Shown: positions 51,895 through 54,739 of the stretch, in pieces
Layout of the letters: every line of letters begins with the position of its first letter
Numbering within the stretch: position 1 is the stretch's first letter
Assembly: GCA_964016885.1 (NCBI GenBank)
Contig: CAXHJY010001686.1
Coordinates: 1-54,739 of the forward strand
Source: Eledone cirrhosa
Lineage: Eukaryota
Length of the DNA: 54,739 nucleotides
Direction: 5' to 3'
Notes under the pieces: model-generated
The model's input: only the letters and a program-made list of their open reading frames with translations
What the model was told of the DNA's origin: nothing
The model's database searches: none
Translations under genes and position numbers: made by a program

Positions 51895-54491
51895 TGGTAA
51901 TAGGCTCTGACCAGATGTGAAGATGTAGGTCTTCCAATCTGGTAATATGCTCTGACCAGATGTGAAGATGTAGGTCTTCCAATCTGGTAATATGCTCTGA
52001 CCAGATGTGAAGATGTAGGTCTTCCAATCTGGTAATAGGCTCTGACCAGATGTGAAGATGTAGGCCTTCAAATCTGGTAATAGGCTCTGACCAGATGTGA
52101 AGATGTAGGTCTTCCAATCTGGTAATATGCTCTGACCAGATGTGAAGATGTAGGTCTTCCAATCTGGTAATAGGCTCTGACCAGATGTGAAGATGTAGGC
52201 CTTCAAATCTGGTAATAGGCTCTGACCAGATGTGAAGATGTAGGTCTTCCAATCTGGTAATAGGCTCTGACCAGATGTGAAGATGTAGGTCTTCCAATCT
52301 GGTAATAGGCTCTGACCAGATGTGAAGATGTAGGTCTTCCAATCTGGTAATAGGCTCTGACCAGATGTGAAGATGTAGGTCTTCCAATCTGGTAATAGGC
52401 TCTGACCAGATGTGAAGATGTAGGTCTTCCAATCTGGTAATAGGCTCTGACCAGATGTGAAGATGTAGGTCTTCCAATCTGGTAATAGGCTCTGACCAGA
52501 TGTGAAGATGTAGGTCTTCCAATCTGGTAATAGGCTCTGACCAGATGTGAAGATGTAGGCCTTCAAATCTGGTAATAGGCTCTGACCAGATGTGAAGATG
52601 TAGGTCTTCCAATCTGGTAATAGGCTCTGACCAGATGTGAAGATGTAGGTCTTCCAATCTGGTAATAGGGCTCTGACCAGATGTGAAGATGTAGGTCTTC
52701 CAATCTGGTAATAGGCTCTGACCAGATGTGAAGATGTAGGTCTTCCAATCTGGTAATAGGCTCTGACCAGATGTGAAGATGTAGGTCTTCCAATCTGGTA
52801 ATAGGCTCTGACCAGATGTGAAGATGTAGGCCTTCAAATCTGGTAATAGGCTCTGACCAGATGTGAAGATGTAGGTCTTCCAATCTGGTAATAGGCTCTG
52901 ACCAGATGTGAAGATGTAGGTCTTCAAATCTGGTAATAGGCTCTGACCAGATGTGAAGATGTAGGTCTTCAATCTGGTAATAGGCTCTGACCAGATGTGA
53001 AGATGTAGGTCTTCCAATCTGGTATAGGCTCTGACCAGATGTGAAGATGTAGGTCTTTCAATCTGGTAATAGGCTCTGACCAGATGTGAAGATGTAGGTC
53101 TTCCAATCTGGTAATAGGCTCTGACCAGATGTGAAGATGTAGGTCTTTCAATCTGGTAATAGGCTCTGACCAGATGTGAAGATGTAGGTCTTCCAATCTG
53201 GTAATAGGCTCTGACCAGATGTGAAGATGTAGGTCTTTCAATCTGGTAATAGGCTCTGACCAGATGTGAAGATGTAGGTCTTCCAATCTGGTAATAGGCT
53301 CTGACCAGATGTGAAGATGTAGGCCTTCAAATCTGGTAATAGGCTCTGACCAGATGTGAAGATGTAGGTCTTCCAATCTGGTAATAGGCTCTGACCAGAT
53401 GTGAAGATGTAGGTCTTCCAATCTGGTAATAGGCTCTGACAGATGTGAAGATGTAGGTCTTCCAATCTGGTAATAGGCTCTGACCAGATGTGAAGATGTA
53501 GGTCTTCCAATCTGGTAATAGGCTCTGACCAGATGTGAAGATGTAGGTCTTCCAATCTGGTAATAGGCTCTGACCAGATGTGAAGATGTAGGTCTTCCAA
53601 TCTGGTAATAGGCTCTGACCAGATGTGAAGATGTAGGTCTTCCAATCTGGTAATAGGCTCTGACCAGATGTGAAGATGTAGGCCTTCAAATCTGGTAATA
53701 GGCTCTGACCAGATGTGAAGATGTAGGTCTTCCAATCTGGTAATAGGCTCTGACCAGATGTGAAGATGTAGGTCTTCCAATCTGGTAATAGGCTCTGACC
53801 AGATGTGAAGATGTAGGTCTTCCAATCTGGTAATAGGCTCTGACCAGATGTGAAGATGTAGGTCTTCCAATCTGGTAATAGGCTCTGACCAGATGTGAAG
53901 ATGTAGGTCTTCCAATCTGGTAATAGGCTCTGACCAGATGTGAAGATGTAGGCCTTCAAATCTGGTAATAGGCTCTGACCAGATGTGAAGATGTAGGTCT
54001 TCCAATCTGGTAATAGGCTCTGACCAGATGTGAAGATGTAGGTCTTCAAATCTGGTAATAGGCTCTGACCAGATGTGAAGATGTAGGTCTTCCAATCTGG
54101 TAATAGGCTCTGACCAGATGTGAAGATGTAGGTCTTCCAATCTGGTAATAGGCTCTGACCAGATGTGAAGATGTAGGTCTTTCAATCTGGTAATAGGCTC
54201 TGACCAGATGTGAAGATGTAGGTCTTCCAATCTGGTAATAGGCTCTGACCAGATGTGAAGATGTAGGTCTTTCAATCTGGTAATAGGCTCTGACCAGATG
54301 TAAGATGTAGGTCTTCCAATCTGGTAATAGGCTCTGACCAGATGTGAAGATGTAGGTCTTTCAATCTGGTAATAGGCTCTGACCAGATGTGAAGATGTAG
54401 GTCTTCCAATCTGGTAATAGGCTCTGACCAGATGTGAAGATGTAGGCCTTCAAATCTGGTAATAGGCTCTGACCAGATGTGAAGATGTAGG
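51895..54491. repeat. 45-bp tandem repeat (~58 units)
   Basis: Unit CTGGTAATAGGCTCTGACCAGATGTGAAGATGTAGGTCTTCCAAT with a few variant units and 1-nt indels. Confidence 0.98.
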
Positions 54492-54700
54492 TTCCTATTT
54501 CGGAGTGTTTAAGCATATTAAATTGTCTTTTAAACGACCCCCAATATCCTAAAGCTCACCTAGCAGGTGGGGTGGGACTTTGTTAAATTGGATGAAGATA
54601 ACAATGTTTCTATTGGTCTTTCCATTGCTGGTATTAATAATCAGCATTTTACTATATTAGTAATGAGCACTAAATATCTATGATTTAGTATGGGTTATGG

Positions 54701-54739
<39 letters not shown>

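Overview
Eukaryotic, AT-rich, microsatellite-saturated non-coding DNA. The tRNA-derived SINEs and RTE tails resemble those of octopod cephalopods; this is an inference from recognition, not a search. No host gene is confidently identifiable, and nearly all ORFs in the track are simple-repeat artefacts. Recognisable content: (1) three 5'-truncated RTE-clade LINE copies, one with an open ~510-codon RT ORF carrying a C4HC3 PHD-type finger inside the RT region; (2) a 5'-inverted fragment of a second RTE-group LINE; (3) a decayed Penelope-like element with a GIY-YIG remnant; (4) two tRNA-derived SINE families; (5) three copies of a TTAA-flanked piggyBac-type MITE; (6) many mini- and microsatellites. 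The most notable hidden layer is about ten minimal type I hammerhead ribozyme motifs (CUGANGA...GAAA...UH; intact, truncated or decayed) from several short (TA)n-embedded repeat families. Several lie inside near-perfect fold-back palindromes, and one family shows stem covariation. Hammerheads in Penelope-like elements are an established phenomenon, so any novelty would lie in these specific families and arrangements.
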